Assembly: GCA_009784815.1 (NCBI GenBank)
Contig: WQXN01000003.1
Span: 1-63,854 of the forward strand
Direction of reading: 5' to 3'
From: Alphaproteobacteria bacterium
GTDB taxonomy: Bacteria; Pseudomonadota; Alphaproteobacteria; Rs-D84
DNA: 63,854 nt
Positions within the stretch are counted from its first letter, which is position 1. Every line of letters starts with the position of its first letter. Below the pieces are notes generated by a model. That model saw only the letters and a program-made list of their open reading frames with translations. It searched no databases and was not told the DNA's origin. Below are positions 36,792 to 46,855 of the stretch, in pieces. Position numbers and translations under genes: made by a program.

Positions 36792-37691
36792 ATGATATAC
36801 GCACTAGGTCACAAAAATCCGGATACTGATTCAATAATAGCGGCGATAGCCCAAGCTCACCGCATCGGCGCAACCCCCGCGGCTCAAAGCGACCCGAACC
36901 CCGAAACCCAATTTGTGCTGGATAAATTCGGCCTTAATGCGCCGAAAATCCTAACCTCGGTCGCGGGAAAAAATATATTCATAGTGGATACGAACGACCC
37001 GGCGCAACTACCGGACGACATAGACCAGGCGAACATAATAGGAATAGTCGACCACCACCAATTGGTCGGGAAATTAAAAACTCCCGGCCCGATCGAGGTT
37101 ACAATAAGACCCTACGGCTGCACCTGCACCATCATCGCGAAAAGATTCATGCGAAGAAGAATCGATATTCCTCAAAACCTTGCCGGCGCTATGCTTTGCG
37201 CGATACTGTCTGATACCGTTATGTTCAAATCTCCGACTTCGACGAAATCCGACCGCGAAATGGCGGAAATGCTGGCCCTGATCGCGGACCTCGACATAAA
37301 CGAAATAGGCTTGGAAATAATGAAAATTAAATCGGATATATCAAACGAAACGTCAAACTCTCTGCTTAACCGCGACATCAAGGAATTCGACATCAACGGC
37401 AAACGCTTCGCCATCGCCCAGGTCGAGCTGGTAAATGGAAAAATGATTGAACCGTTTGTCACGGAACTGCGTCACGAAATGGCCGAATTGAAACACGGCA
37501 AAAAACTGGACGGAGTCATAATGATAATAACGGACATAATGAAGGACGGCTCGACCCTAATACTCGAGACGAACGACAACAAAAAAATTCAATCCCTTTT
37601 CAAGGCGCTTACCAAAGACGAATCTGCCTTCGTCCCCGGCCTTTTATCCCGGAAAAAACAAGTTATTCCCGTATTGACGGCCAATTTATAA
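36792..37691 (+). CDS. ppaC: Mn-dependent inorganic pyrophosphatase, family II
   Basis: GHKNPDTDS, VDHH, RPYGCTCT, ILSDT, SRKKQV. Confidence 0.93.
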   Translation: MIYALGHKNPDTDSIIAAIAQAHRIGATPAAQSDPNPETQFVLDKFGLNAPKILTSVAGKNIFIVDTNDPAQLPDDIDQANIIGIVDHHQLVGKLKTPGPIEVTIRPYGCTCTIIAKRFMRRRIDIPQNLAGAMLCAILSDTVMFKSPTSTKSDREMAEMLALIADLDINEIGLEIMKIKSDISNETSNSLLNRDIKEFDINGKRFAIAQVELVNGKMIEPFVTELRHEMAELKHGKKLDGVIMIITDIMKDGSTLILETNDNKKIQSLFKALTKDESAFVPGLLSRKKQVIPVLTANL

Positions 37692-37696
37692 AAAAT

Positions 37697-37726
37697 TGTC
37701 ATTCCCCGGCTTGACCGGGGAATCTC
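37697..37726 (+). repeat. TGTC-tagged REP
   Basis: TGTCATTCCCCGG-CTTGA-CCGGGGAATCTC. Confidence 0.8.
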
Positions 37727-37757
37727 GGCGCATTATAATTCCGAAAAAGGAGAACAA

Positions 37758-38318
37758 ATGGAATACCAAGCGTTACAAACGGAAGCCTCGACAAAAACTG
37801 CGGCTACTATAGAAGTGCTGAAAACCAACTTCGCGGGCCTCAGAACCGGCCGCGCAAGCGTAACCCTGCTTGACCCGATCCGCGTTGAAGCTTACGGCGG
37901 CATGATGCCTCTGTCCCAGCTTGCGAACATATCTACTCCCGAAGCGCAAACGATTTCTATTTCGGTATGGGACATGGACGTGGTGTCCAAAGTTGAAAAG
38001 GCGATCCTTGAAAGCAAACTTGGCCTGAATCCTCAAACCAGCGGCACTTCGATCAGACTGAATCTTCCTCCGCTAACCGAAGAACGCCGCAAAGAACTGA
38101 CCAAGGTCGCGGGCACTTACGCCGAAGATGCAAAAATAGCGATCCGCAACATAAGGCAGGAACTGTTCCAAAAAATAAAGAAAGCGGAAGAAGACAAGCA
38201 GATTTCGGAAGATGATAAACATAGGTTTCAGGAAGACCTTCAGAAAATCTTCGACGCAAAAACTGCGGAAGTCGGAACCTTGCTGACCGGCAAGGAAAAA
38301 GACATCATGAGCATATAA
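37758..38318 (+). CDS. frr: Ribosome recycling factor
   Basis: LRTGRAS, LGLNP, PPLTEERRKEL, IRNIR. Confidence 0.97.
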   Translation: MEYQALQTEASTKTAATIEVLKTNFAGLRTGRASVTLLDPIRVEAYGGMMPLSQLANISTPEAQTISISVWDMDVVSKVEKAILESKLGLNPQTSGTSIRLNLPPLTEERRKELTKVAGTYAEDAKIAIRNIRQELFQKIKKAEEDKQISEDDKHRFQEDLQKIFDAKTAEVGTLLTGKEKDIMSI

Positions 38319-38321
38319 CCT

Positions 38322-39074
38322 ATGTCTCTCCTCTCAAAAATCTTTAAATCAAAAACTGTCGGGGAAATCGAAAATTCGACAGGCAATCATTCCATACCCG
38401 GCCACGTGGCGATCATGATGGACGGCAACGGCCGATGGGCGACCAAACGCGGCCTACCCAGAACCGCGGGCCACGCGAACGCTGCCGGGAAATTGGAAAA
38501 TTTGATGACCTATCTTCTTGACCGTGGCGTGCATACGGTTTCTCTATACGCCTTTTCGACCGAGAATTGGAAAAGATCGAAACAAGAAGTCGACTTCCTG
38601 ATGAACCTTATGACCAAGGAACTTAAACGCGGCAAAAAAAGATTTATGGAAATGAACGTCCGAATAAAAGCGATCGGCCGCCGCGACAACATTCCGACGA
38701 AACTCCTTGACGCGATCGAAGACTTGGAACTTGCGACCTTCGGCAACACAAGGGGAACTTTATGCCTTGCGATTGACTACGGCGGCCAGGACGAAATTGT
38801 GCGCGCGGCGCAGGCTGCGATCGACGAAGGCGTCGAAAACCTTACTAAGGAAGCCTTTAACTCGTACCTCGACTCGGGCGAGCTGACACCAATAGATTTA
38901 GTGATCAGAACCAGCGGCGAGTTTCGCTTATCGAACTTCATGCTCTGGCAAATGGCCTATTCCGAGTTTGCGTTTATTCCGGAAATGTGGCCCGACATGA
39001 CGCCCAAAATTTTGGAAAAAATATTAAAGGACTACTCAACCCGCAACCGCCGGTTCGGAGGAACTAAAAAATGA
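38322..39074 (+). CDS. uppS: Undecaprenyl diphosphate synthase
   Basis: HVAIMMDGNGRWA, YAFSTENWKR, RTSGEFRLSNF. Confidence 0.97.
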   Translation: MSLLSKIFKSKTVGEIENSTGNHSIPGHVAIMMDGNGRWATKRGLPRTAGHANAAGKLENLMTYLLDRGVHTVSLYAFSTENWKRSKQEVDFLMNLMTKELKRGKKRFMEMNVRIKAIGRRDNIPTKLLDAIEDLELATFGNTRGTLCLAIDYGGQDEIVRAAQAAIDEGVENLTKEAFNSYLDSGELTPIDLVIRTSGEFRLSNFMLWQMAYSEFAFIPEMWPDMTPKILEKILKDYSTRNRRFGGTKK

Positions 39075-39685
39075 ATAAAAACACCGCCGTCCGCATACTC
39101 TCCTCGTTCGGCATCCTTGCCGCGATCGCAGCTGCGGCAATCATCGGCCCCTTGGGAATTTTGGTCCTTTCATCAATAATAATAATACTCATGTCGTTCG
39201 AATGGCTAAGAATGTCTCGCGGCGCAACGCGAATTCTCGGCGTATTGTGGCTCCTTATAATGCTCGCCAGCGCGATCGCGCTATCAACTAAGCTCTGGGT
39301 GATGCTGCTCTTGCTGATAACCATAAGCGCAACCGACATCGGCGCCTGGTTTTTCGGCGGCAGAATAAAGTCATCTAAACTATGGCCGACTGTGACCGCG
39401 AACAAAACATGGGGCGGCCACATATCCGGCATGATCTGCGGAACTGCCGCGTGCGTTCTGCTGGGCTTTTTTATGATGGGCGAATTTCTTCCTCAAATGA
39501 TCTGGATCGGCATGGGCGTCTCGACTCTGTCGCAATACGGCGATCTGACGGAAAGTTACATGAAAAGAAAATTCGGCGTCAAAGACTCGTCCAACCTGAT
39601 CCCCGGCCACGGTGGATTTTTGGACCGCTTCGACGGCTGGATCTACGCGCTTCCGCTGATGGCCCTAATATCAAAGGTTTTATAA
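39071..39685 (+). CDS. cdsA: Phosphatidate cytidylyltransferase
   Basis: DIGAWFFG, NKTWGG, GDLTESYMKR, KDSSNLIPGHGGFLDRFD. Confidence 0.95.
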   Translation: MNKNTAVRILSSFGILAAIAAAAIIGPLGILVLSSIIIILMSFEWLRMSRGATRILGVLWLLIMLASAIALSTKLWVMLLLLITISATDIGAWFFGGRIKSSKLWPTVTANKTWGGHISGMICGTAACVLLGFFMMGEFLPQMIWIGMGVSTLSQYGDLTESYMKRKFGVKDSSNLIPGHGGFLDRFDGWIYALPLMALISKVL

Positions 39686-39686
39686 A

Positions 39687-40700
39687 ATGACAAGCTTCAT
39701 AGGTTTGATAATAGTCCTGGGCCTGGTGGTCCTAGTCCACGAACTGGGCCATTTCCTAGCCGCAAGAAAATTCGGGGTGAAAGTTGTGGCGTTTTCGATC
39801 GGCTTCGGTCTTGGCAAACCGCTTCTAAAATGGAAGGACAAGCGGGGCACGGAATGGCGTCTAGGCTGGCTGCCCCTTGGCGGCTACGTCGAATTATACG
39901 AGGATAAGGATAACAAAGGCAAAAAAGGTTCTCTATCCGCCGCGCCTAATTGGAAGAAAGCGATCATCATGGTCTCGGGCGTTGCGCTGAATTTTTTACT
40001 GGCCTGGGTTATATTCCTATTTCTATTTGCGGCTAAACCGGAACAAATAATCAAACCTACCATAGGAACTGTGGTCGAAAATTCTTTGGCCGAACGTGCG
40101 GGCGTGCAGCCTGGCTGGACGGTCCGCAGCATATCCGGCAACCCGATAAACGAATGGTCTGATCTGATAAAAACTAAAACCTACGCCGGGAATAAAATCG
40201 TAAGAATCGATTTTGATAACGGTGAAACGGTAAGGCTTCTTGCGGACAAGCCCTGGGGAATCATCCCGCAAATTCCGGAAAATCCCGAATTCAAAAAACG
40301 TACGCCGCTTGGAGTGATCTCGCGCGCTACGACCGAAACTTATCAGCAGTCGAAATTACTGTTCATAGTGATAAGACAATTGATAACTGGCGACCGCGAC
40401 AGCAAACAACTTGGCAGCTTTATAATGATAGCTGAAATGGCGGGCATGGCGCTAAACGCGGGAATATTCGCTCTGCTTGCCATGATCGCAATGCTAAGTA
40501 TAAATTTGGGGGTCATAAACCTTCTTCCAATACCGGCTCTGGACGGCGGGCATCTTTTGATAATACTGATCGAAAGCGTAACGCGAAGAAAGCTGAACGA
40601 AAAAGCGAAAAACTACGTGATCCTTGCGGGCTGGGCCGTCATAATCGCACTAATGGCGCTTGCCCTAAAAAACGATATAATGAGAGTCCTCGGCCTATAA
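39687..40700 (+). CDS. rseP: RIP metalloprotease RseP
   Basis: HELGH, FSIGFG, PLGGYV, PDZ-like region, NLLPIPALDGG. Confidence 0.95.
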   Translation: MTSFIGLIIVLGLVVLVHELGHFLAARKFGVKVVAFSIGFGLGKPLLKWKDKRGTEWRLGWLPLGGYVELYEDKDNKGKKGSLSAAPNWKKAIIMVSGVALNFLLAWVIFLFLFAAKPEQIIKPTIGTVVENSLAERAGVQPGWTVRSISGNPINEWSDLIKTKTYAGNKIVRIDFDNGETVRLLADKPWGIIPQIPENPEFKKRTPLGVISRATTETYQQSKLLFIVIRQLITGDRDSKQLGSFIMIAEMAGMALNAGIFALLAMIAMLSINLGVINLLPIPALDGGHLLIILIESVTRRKLNEKAKNYVILAGWAVIIALMALALKNDIMRVLGL

Positions 40701-40701
40701 A

Positions 40702-42969
40702 ATGAGTTTTCGTTACTTTTACCTTTTACCCTTTACCCTTTTGCTTCTCGCGCCCTTGGCTCGGGCCGAACCCATCCGCAGCATCGAAGTGGTAGGCAAC
40801 CGCCGCATCGACAGTGAATCGGTAATGCTGATGATCCCGGCGAAACCTGGTGACAACGCATCACCGGAACGCCTGAATCAAATTACCAAAACTCTTCAGC
40901 GCAGCGGTTATTTTGAACAAGTCTCGACCAGCGTGTCGAACGGCGTGCTTCGCGTGAACATATCGGAAACTCCCGTGGTGGGAAGAATAACGGTTGAAGG
41001 CAACGACGCGATCAGCACCGAAGACCTGAAAAAAGAAATCCGCCTGACCGAACGCGCTCCGTTCTCGGCCGCTTTGATCGGCGCGGACACGCAAAGAATA
41101 CTGACGCTTTACCAGCGCCAGGGCTTCTTCAATACGCGGGTGGAACCGCAAAGAATAAACACGGACGACCACCGCGTGGACGTGGTGTTCCAAATCACCG
41201 AAGGCCACAAGACAAGAATCCGCAGCATCAGCTTTGAAGGCAACCGCGCCTTCAGCAGCCGCACATTGCGCGGCGCTATAATTTCTCAGGAACACGCCTG
41301 GTGGCGCTTCATGGCCTCGTTCGACAACTTCGACGCGGACCGTATCGAATTTGATATGCAGCAACTTCGTCAGTTTTATATGAAAAACGGTTTCGCGGAC
41401 GTAAGCGTCTCGCGCGTCTACAGCCGGCTAAGCGCGGACCGTCGCGACTACTCTGTAAGATTCAAAATAGTCGAAGGCCCAAGATATAGATTCGGTGCGA
41501 TAGACATAGAAAATCCGTTCCCGGATGTGGATATGCAGGACCTAAGGCGCGCCGTCCAGTTCCGCGCGGGCGACATATATAACATAGAAAAAGTCGAACA
41601 AACTACGGCAAAACTTCGTCAGGTCGTGGCCGAACGCGGCTACGCGTTTATCAACGTGGACATAGAACCGAAAAAGAACGAAGATTCGTTAACGATCGAC
41701 CTAAGGTTTAACATCCGCCCGGCGCAAAGAATGTACCTGAACGACATAATCATCTCGGGCAACTCGCGCACGTTCGACTTCGTTATCAACCGTCACCTGA
41801 TGATGCGTCCGAAAGACCCGTTTTCCCTACAATCGATCGAGCAGTCGCGCCAAAGACTGATGCGCACGGGCTTTTTCAAATCGGTGGATATGTCCCCTAC
41901 AAGGATCGAAGATACAAACCTAATGAACCTGAACGTGAACGTCCAGGAACAGCCGACGGGCGAATTATCTGGCGGAGTCGGCTGGTCGAACATAAACGGA
42001 TTTATGGTGGACGCCGGAATTACCGAGCGGAACTTCATGGGCCGCGGCCAGATCGTGTCTATCCGCGCTCAAGTTGCGCAATATCAGGACATGGTCTCGT
42101 TCAGCTTTACGGAACCGTACCTGTTCAAGCGCGCCCTCTCGGGAGGGTTCGACGTTAATTACGTTGTGTACGATTACTCGAAACTTGGCTCGTTCGGATA
42201 TAACAGAGACACGTTCGGAGTAGCAGGGCGCCTAGGCTGGCTTCTTACGGACAACCTTTCTCAACAGTTAAGGCTTTCGGCTACCTGGGATACGATAAGC
42301 GATCTTCTTGCGAACCGCCGTGATACTAATCTGTACACGGCCTCGACTTCGCTAAGATACTCGAAACTGGACACGGACTTCACGCAGAACACCCACACGG
42401 GGGTCATAGGATCGCTAAGCCTGGCCTACACCGGCTTCGGCGGCACGGAAACCTTTTTGCGTACGGACTCGTCGCTTACCGGTATGGTGAACTTTTTGGA
42501 AAACAGATGGCAGCTAAGATCGACGATCGAAGCCGGATTCATCCAGCCGATTCAGGATGATTATATTTCAAGACCGTACAGATACTTCCTTGGCGGCGAA
42601 AGTTTGCGGGGCTTTGATAACGCTGGTATCGGATCAAGAAACTGGATGAACAGGAACTACGCCTACGGCGGCTTGTGGAAAATGAACGGCACGACCCAGC
42701 TGAACTTTCCCGTGTTTATCCCGGACGAATACCAGGTGAAAGGATTTCTGTTTTTGGATTACGGAATCTTGGGCAAACCTCCCAAAAGCGATTTAACCTT
42801 TTTCGGACAACCCAATCTTGTGGACGAAAGCCTAAGGGCTTCTTACGGATTCGGAATCTATTGGAACACTCCGATGGGCCCGATGAATTTTTCATGGGGC
42901 TACCCGATCCTAAGAAAAGACTACGACCGCGAGCGTAGATTCCTTCTCTCCTTCGAAACCCAATTCTAA
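40702..42969 (+). CDS. bamA: Outer membrane protein assembly factor
   Basis: POTRA repeats, GN.RT, E.NFMGRGQ, GGESLRGF, TPMGPMNFSW, terminal F. Confidence 0.96.
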   Translation: MSFRYFYLLPFTLLLLAPLARAEPIRSIEVVGNRRIDSESVMLMIPAKPGDNASPERLNQITKTLQRSGYFEQVSTSVSNGVLRVNISETPVVGRITVEGNDAISTEDLKKEIRLTERAPFSAALIGADTQRILTLYQRQGFFNTRVEPQRINTDDHRVDVVFQITEGHKTRIRSISFEGNRAFSSRTLRGAIISQEHAWWRFMASFDNFDADRIEFDMQQLRQFYMKNGFADVSVSRVYSRLSADRRDYSVRFKIVEGPRYRFGAIDIENPFPDVDMQDLRRAVQFRAGDIYNIEKVEQTTAKLRQVVAERGYAFINVDIEPKKNEDSLTIDLRFNIRPAQRMYLNDIIISGNSRTFDFVINRHLMMRPKDPFSLQSIEQSRQRLMRTGFFKSVDMSPTRIEDTNLMNLNVNVQEQPTGELSGGVGWSNINGFMVDAGITERNFMGRGQIVSIRAQVAQYQDMVSFSFTEPYLFKRALSGGFDVNYVVYDYSKLGSFGYNRDTFGVAGRLGWLLTDNLSQQLRLSATWDTISDLLANRRDTNLYTASTSLRYSKLDTDFTQNTHTGVIGSLSLAYTGFGGTETFLRTDSSLTGMVNFLENRWQLRSTIEAGFIQPIQDDYISRPYRYFLGGESLRGFDNAGIGSRNWMNRNYAYGGLWKMNGTTQLNFPVFIPDEYQVKGFLFLDYGILGKPPKSDLTFFGQPNLVDESLRASYGFGIYWNTPMGPMNFSWGYPILRKDYDRERRFLLSFETQF

Positions 42970-43007
42970 AAAACAACGTTGCCTGCTTCCATAGGCGATC
43001 CATTTAT

Positions 43008-43490
43008 TTACCTTTTCGCAACCCTTGCCATTTCCAACGCCTCAACCAAAGCATTTTGAAAATTTGGACAATCACGTATACTGTCAGTAACTCCGGATAT
43101 CTGAATCGCCAGGCTGATATCTTTATAATACCAACTGTCTCTGGAAACCCATTTTGATTCTACCAATTCTCCCGAATCTATATGCAAAGCCACCAACTGG
43201 CAAACTCCATATCCCATTTCCAACTTTGTTTTCGGAGCCTCGTTATAAATCTTGCATCCTCTCCCAAATCTATCGTATTCTTCGGTATACTTTGATCTGA
43301 CTTCTATCAATTTCCAATCTGGAAATTTTTTATTAAATACTCCGTCTGTGCGCGGCACACAATTGGGATAATGCAACTTGGGCCCCACAGGAAAATCCAA
43401 GTTAAAGCTACATGTCTCGAAATTATAAGCCATATAATCGACACCACCCAATCCGATCTTCCCATAATTGTATCGTTTTTCAATAATCAT
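43008..43490 (-). CDS. Hypothetical protein, AT-rich
   Basis: 160-aa ORF with AAAGG SD and its own promoter. Confidence 0.6.
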   Translation of the reverse strand: MIIEKRYNYGKIGLGGVDYMAYNFETCSFNLDFPVGPKLHYPNCVPRTDGVFNKKFPDWKLIEVRSKYTEEYDRFGRGCKIYNEAPKTKLEMGYGVCQLVALHIDSGELVESKWVSRDSWYYKDISLAIQISGVTDSIRDCPNFQNALVEALEMARVAKR

Positions 43491-43557
43491 GCTTACACCT
43501 TTTTCTAGTTTACCTGGGCCAATTCTACCCCCCCCCTCATTTTGTCAAACACTTTTT

Positions 43558-43812
43558 ATAATAATCCCAAAACCCATTAGCCGCATCGCAACGCCAAGTA
43601 TAAATAATAACCTCAAAAACCATTCGGCGCATCGCGTTTTCGATGATAAATAATCCCAAAAATCCCATCTCGGTCGCGTTTGCGAGGATAGATCGTTCAG
43701 TATCCAGGAAACCCGACCCGCGCCTGGACTGTAATGCCTCCGCAAGGGTCGGGTTTCCGAAGATAATGGACGATATAGACCGCAAACGAAAAACCGAGAT
43801 TGGATTTTTTGT
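43558..43812 (+). repeat. Stack of two left-end fragments plus one full long element
   Basis: Outer arms as at 29872, tip as at 28771. Confidence 0.88.
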
Positions 43813-43913
43813 CTTTATTTTTTATCCTTATATAAAAATATGCCGCCCGCTTTCGCGGACGACACACTCCCATCCTTCCCAAACGGGAAACCTTCAAAGA
43901 ACCAACTGGCCCC

Positions 43914-44234
43914 TTACGCGGCTCTGACCGTGGCCTTGCTTGTCGCCGACTGCGCATCAATAATCTTCTTTGCCTCCGAAAATACCATCGCCTTAACGCG
44001 CAAAGCCAAATCTTCGTCGCTTAATCCCTCGACTGCCACCTCGAAATTATCAGTCTTGATCTGCAAAGCTATATAAGCTCCGGTCAAAGCGTCTCGCGGC
44101 AACTTGTCCAAACTATCGGCGCCTTCTTGCAACCTGTCCTTCAAGCTTTCTATCCTTCCGTCTGCCCCAAGCCACGCTGTGCTTGCCATAACATTATCCA
44201 ACGCGGACATTATCTGTATTAAGTTCTGTGTCAT
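43914..44234 (-). CDS. Hypothetical protein
   Basis: Start MTQNL after AGGGGGA; helical, 106 aa. Confidence 0.6.
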   Translation of the reverse strand: MTQNLIQIMSALDNVMASTAWLGADGRIESLKDRLQEGADSLDKLPRDALTGAYIALQIKTDNFEVAVEGLSDEDLALRVKAMVFSEAKKIIDAQSATSKATVRAA

Positions 44235-44356
44235 AGTGGTTTCCCCCTGTTTTTTGGTTCCTCTGTCCGAATCATAACTAATAACGAATCGGCAGGTCAA
44301 GTAAAAAATATAACTTTATTTAATTATTTTCATTTTTGGCTGATTTTATTGCCTTT

Positions 44357-44421
44357 TCCCATATTTCCCCACATTATAACATAAGTTTGTCATTGACAGG
44401 CATAAAGATAAAGTCTAAAAT
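44357..44421 (+). promoter_or_regulatory. MraZ boxes and mraZ promoter
   Basis: TCCCA-N5-CCCCA (TGGGN repeats on the minus strand); TTGACA-N17-TAAAAT-N6-ATG. Confidence 0.65.
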
Positions 44422-44427
44422 CACTTT

Positions 44428-44871
44428 ATGGCACTGTTTTTATCATCTTTTACGAACCATATAGACGCCAAAGGCCGCATCTCTGTACCGGCGACTTTCC
44501 GCACGGCGGTTGGCGGCGACCCGTTTGCGGGCATAGTGCTGTTCAGATCATTCACAAGCAACTGTATCGAGGGGTTTTCGATGCAACGGATGGAGAAAAT
44601 GGCAGCGGCGACGGACCAGCTTGGCGCGTTTGATAAAACTCAGGATGATTTGACCGCAATGCTGTTTGCGGACGCAAGACCGCTTCAGTTCGACGTCTCG
44701 GGCCGCGTGGTAATACCGGAAGATTTATTGAAACACGCGGGCATATCGGACGACGCGGTTTTTGTGGGCCGCGGAAACAGTTTTCAAATCTGGAATCCGG
44801 CGGAATTTGCAAAAGCCCAAAACGAATCTCTTGCCCGTCTTCAAAAAACCCACCCGACCCTTAAACTTTAA
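44428..44871 (+). CDS. mraZ: Division/cell wall cluster repressor MraZ
   Basis: IDAKGRISVPATFR, D.SGRVVIP, FVGRGNSFQIW. Confidence 0.95.
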   Translation: MALFLSSFTNHIDAKGRISVPATFRTAVGGDPFAGIVLFRSFTSNCIEGFSMQRMEKMAAATDQLGAFDKTQDDLTAMLFADARPLQFDVSGRVVIPEDLLKHAGISDDAVFVGRGNSFQIWNPAEFAKAQNESLARLQKTHPTLKL

Positions 44872-44877
44872 TGAATT

Positions 44878-46356
44878 TTACCTCATGCTCCTGACCACAA
44901 GCCATTGCTGAGCTATACCGAACAAGTTCGAAACCGTCCAATATAAAATCAAACCGGCGGGCAATCCTGAAAACAGTACTACGAACACAACGGGCAGCCA
45001 CTTTATGATCCCCATTCCTGGCGTCGCGGCGGTGGCCTTTGACGAAGAAATCTTTTGCTGCAGCCACATAGTTGCGCCCATCATTATGGGAAGCAACCCT
45101 ATCACAGGCATCCACGAAGGCACGTTAAAAGGCAGCAAACCGAACAAGTTGAACAAGCTGACGGGATCAGCGCTGGCCAAATCATTGACCCACAGGAATC
45201 CTGAATTACGCATATCGACGGCGATCACCAAAGCCTTATACAAAGCGAAGAATATCGGAATCTGCAATATCAGCGGCAGAAACCCGGACAGCGGGCTGAC
45301 CTTTGATTTTGAATACAACGCCATCATCTCTTGCTGAAGCCGCACCTTGTCGTCGCGATACAGTTTTTGGATACGCTGCATCTCGGGCTGCAAACGTTGC
45401 ATGGCGGCCATTGATCGGTACGATTTTCGTGTTAAAGGAATCAGCAAAGCACGCAATATCAAAGTCAATATTATGATCGCCAAACCATAGTTTCCCGTAA
45501 GCTCATGAAGCGCGGTCAGCGCCCACAAAAACGGCCTGGACAGAAAAGAAAACCAACCGTAATCCATTGTGCGCGCTATTCCGGGCATAACGGAATCCGC
45601 GGCATCAAGTATGGACTGAACCTTTGGCCCGGTGTAAATATGGAATACGAATTCTGCTGCCTGCCCGCCTGGAATTATCTTTTCCCTCAGCGATATGTCG
45701 GACTGGAATCTTTCTCCTTCGATTGTGCGCAACCGCATGGTGCGCGGGGAGTTTCCGGCGGAATCTATGGAAAGAATGGTCTGCCAATACCTGTCCTCGA
45801 ATCCGACAAAAGCCCCTGCTCCGGCTTCGAATATCGCGGACTTTGATTTTATATCGGACCAGTCTTCGCGCTTGACCCGGCTGTCCACCATGGCTATTCC
45901 TCCGCCGGACCCGATCATCATCATGCTGCCGCTCTCGCCCTTTTCGCGTGCGATCCTGGCATACGGGGCGACTGCGCGCGCGCCCTCGGAAACATCGGAC
46001 ACCATGCGAACGGTTATTATATAGTCTTCGACGGTCACGACTTTATTAAAACTTCCGCCAACCAAACCGAATTCGATAAACTCGCCGTCGCGCCCAAGCA
46101 ATTCAACCGGCTCTCCGCTATCCATATAGTTAGAAAGACGTACGCGTGAAATTCTGTTTCCCGCCATCTCGAACGAAATACTATCCGAAACTACATTTTC
46201 TTTTACGTCATTCCTGACTTCCATGACTATGTTATCCCCGGCTTGTCCGGTGATTCCATCCGCTTTCTTAGACGGCATCAGCCAAGTTATCAAAAGATAA
46301 TTCAGCGCCAAGAATCCTGCCATCAACACAGCTATATCAAGATACTTTCTTTTCAT
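44878..46356 (-). CDS. yidC: Membrane protein insertase
   Basis: DYGWF, GNYGLAII, QPEMQRIQ, LQIPIFFALYK, PAGLILYWTVSN. Confidence 0.95.
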   Translation of the reverse strand: MKRKYLDIAVLMAGFLALNYLLITWLMPSKKADGITGQAGDNIVMEVRNDVKENVVSDSISFEMAGNRISRVRLSNYMDSGEPVELLGRDGEFIEFGLVGGSFNKVVTVEDYIITVRMVSDVSEGARAVAPYARIAREKGESGSMMMIGSGGGIAMVDSRVKREDWSDIKSKSAIFEAGAGAFVGFEDRYWQTILSIDSAGNSPRTMRLRTIEGERFQSDISLREKIIPGGQAAEFVFHIYTGPKVQSILDAADSVMPGIARTMDYGWFSFLSRPFLWALTALHELTGNYGLAIIILTLILRALLIPLTRKSYRSMAAMQRLQPEMQRIQKLYRDDKVRLQQEMMALYSKSKVSPLSGFLPLILQIPIFFALYKALVIAVDMRNSGFLWVNDLASADPVSLFNLFGLLPFNVPSWMPVIGLLPIMMGATMWLQQKISSSKATAATPGMGIIKWLPVVFVVLFSGLPAGLILYWTVSNLFGIAQQWLVVRSMR

Positions 46357-46855
46357 TTTTCCTCTCGATTATCAAAACCCACATATAAATTACAATACCC
46401 AGACTGATGCAAACATCGGCCAAGTTGAAAGCGGGCCAGTGCCATCCGAAGGCGTGAAAGTCCAAGAAATCCACGACGGCTCCGAACCGAACGCGATCGA
46501 TAAGATTACCCAAAGCTCCGCCGACTATAAGCGTCAGCGCCACAGCCTCGATCTTTGAAATTTTTCTTGCGAACAATCTGTACCCCAAATATCCTATAAT
46601 CGCGCCCGTCAAAAATATTATAACCAGCGGAGCGGCCACACCGATATTCCGAAACATGGAAAAACTTGTGCCGGGGTTCCAAGTGAAAATAAGATTAAAG
46701 AAACTTGTAACGCGCGAGAATAGAATCGGATACGGCACTACTTCATAGAATCGTCCGAACGCGAACGCCTGTCCGGTCAGCAGATATAAGAAATATCCCT
46801 TTGATACCTGATCCGCCGCCACAATCCCGAAAATCGCCAATATCTTTTTTATCAT
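46337..46855 (-). CDS. lspA: Lipoprotein signal peptidase
   Basis: DQVSK, WNPGTSFS, GALGNLIDR, VVDFL, PAFNLAD. Confidence 0.95.
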   Translation of the reverse strand: MIKKILAIFGIVAADQVSKGYFLYLLTGQAFAFGRFYEVVPYPILFSRVTSFFNLIFTWNPGTSFSMFRNIGVAAPLVIIFLTGAIIGYLGYRLFARKISKIEAVALTLIVGGALGNLIDRVRFGAVVDFLDFHAFGWHWPAFNLADVCISLGIVIYMWVLIIERKNEKKVS

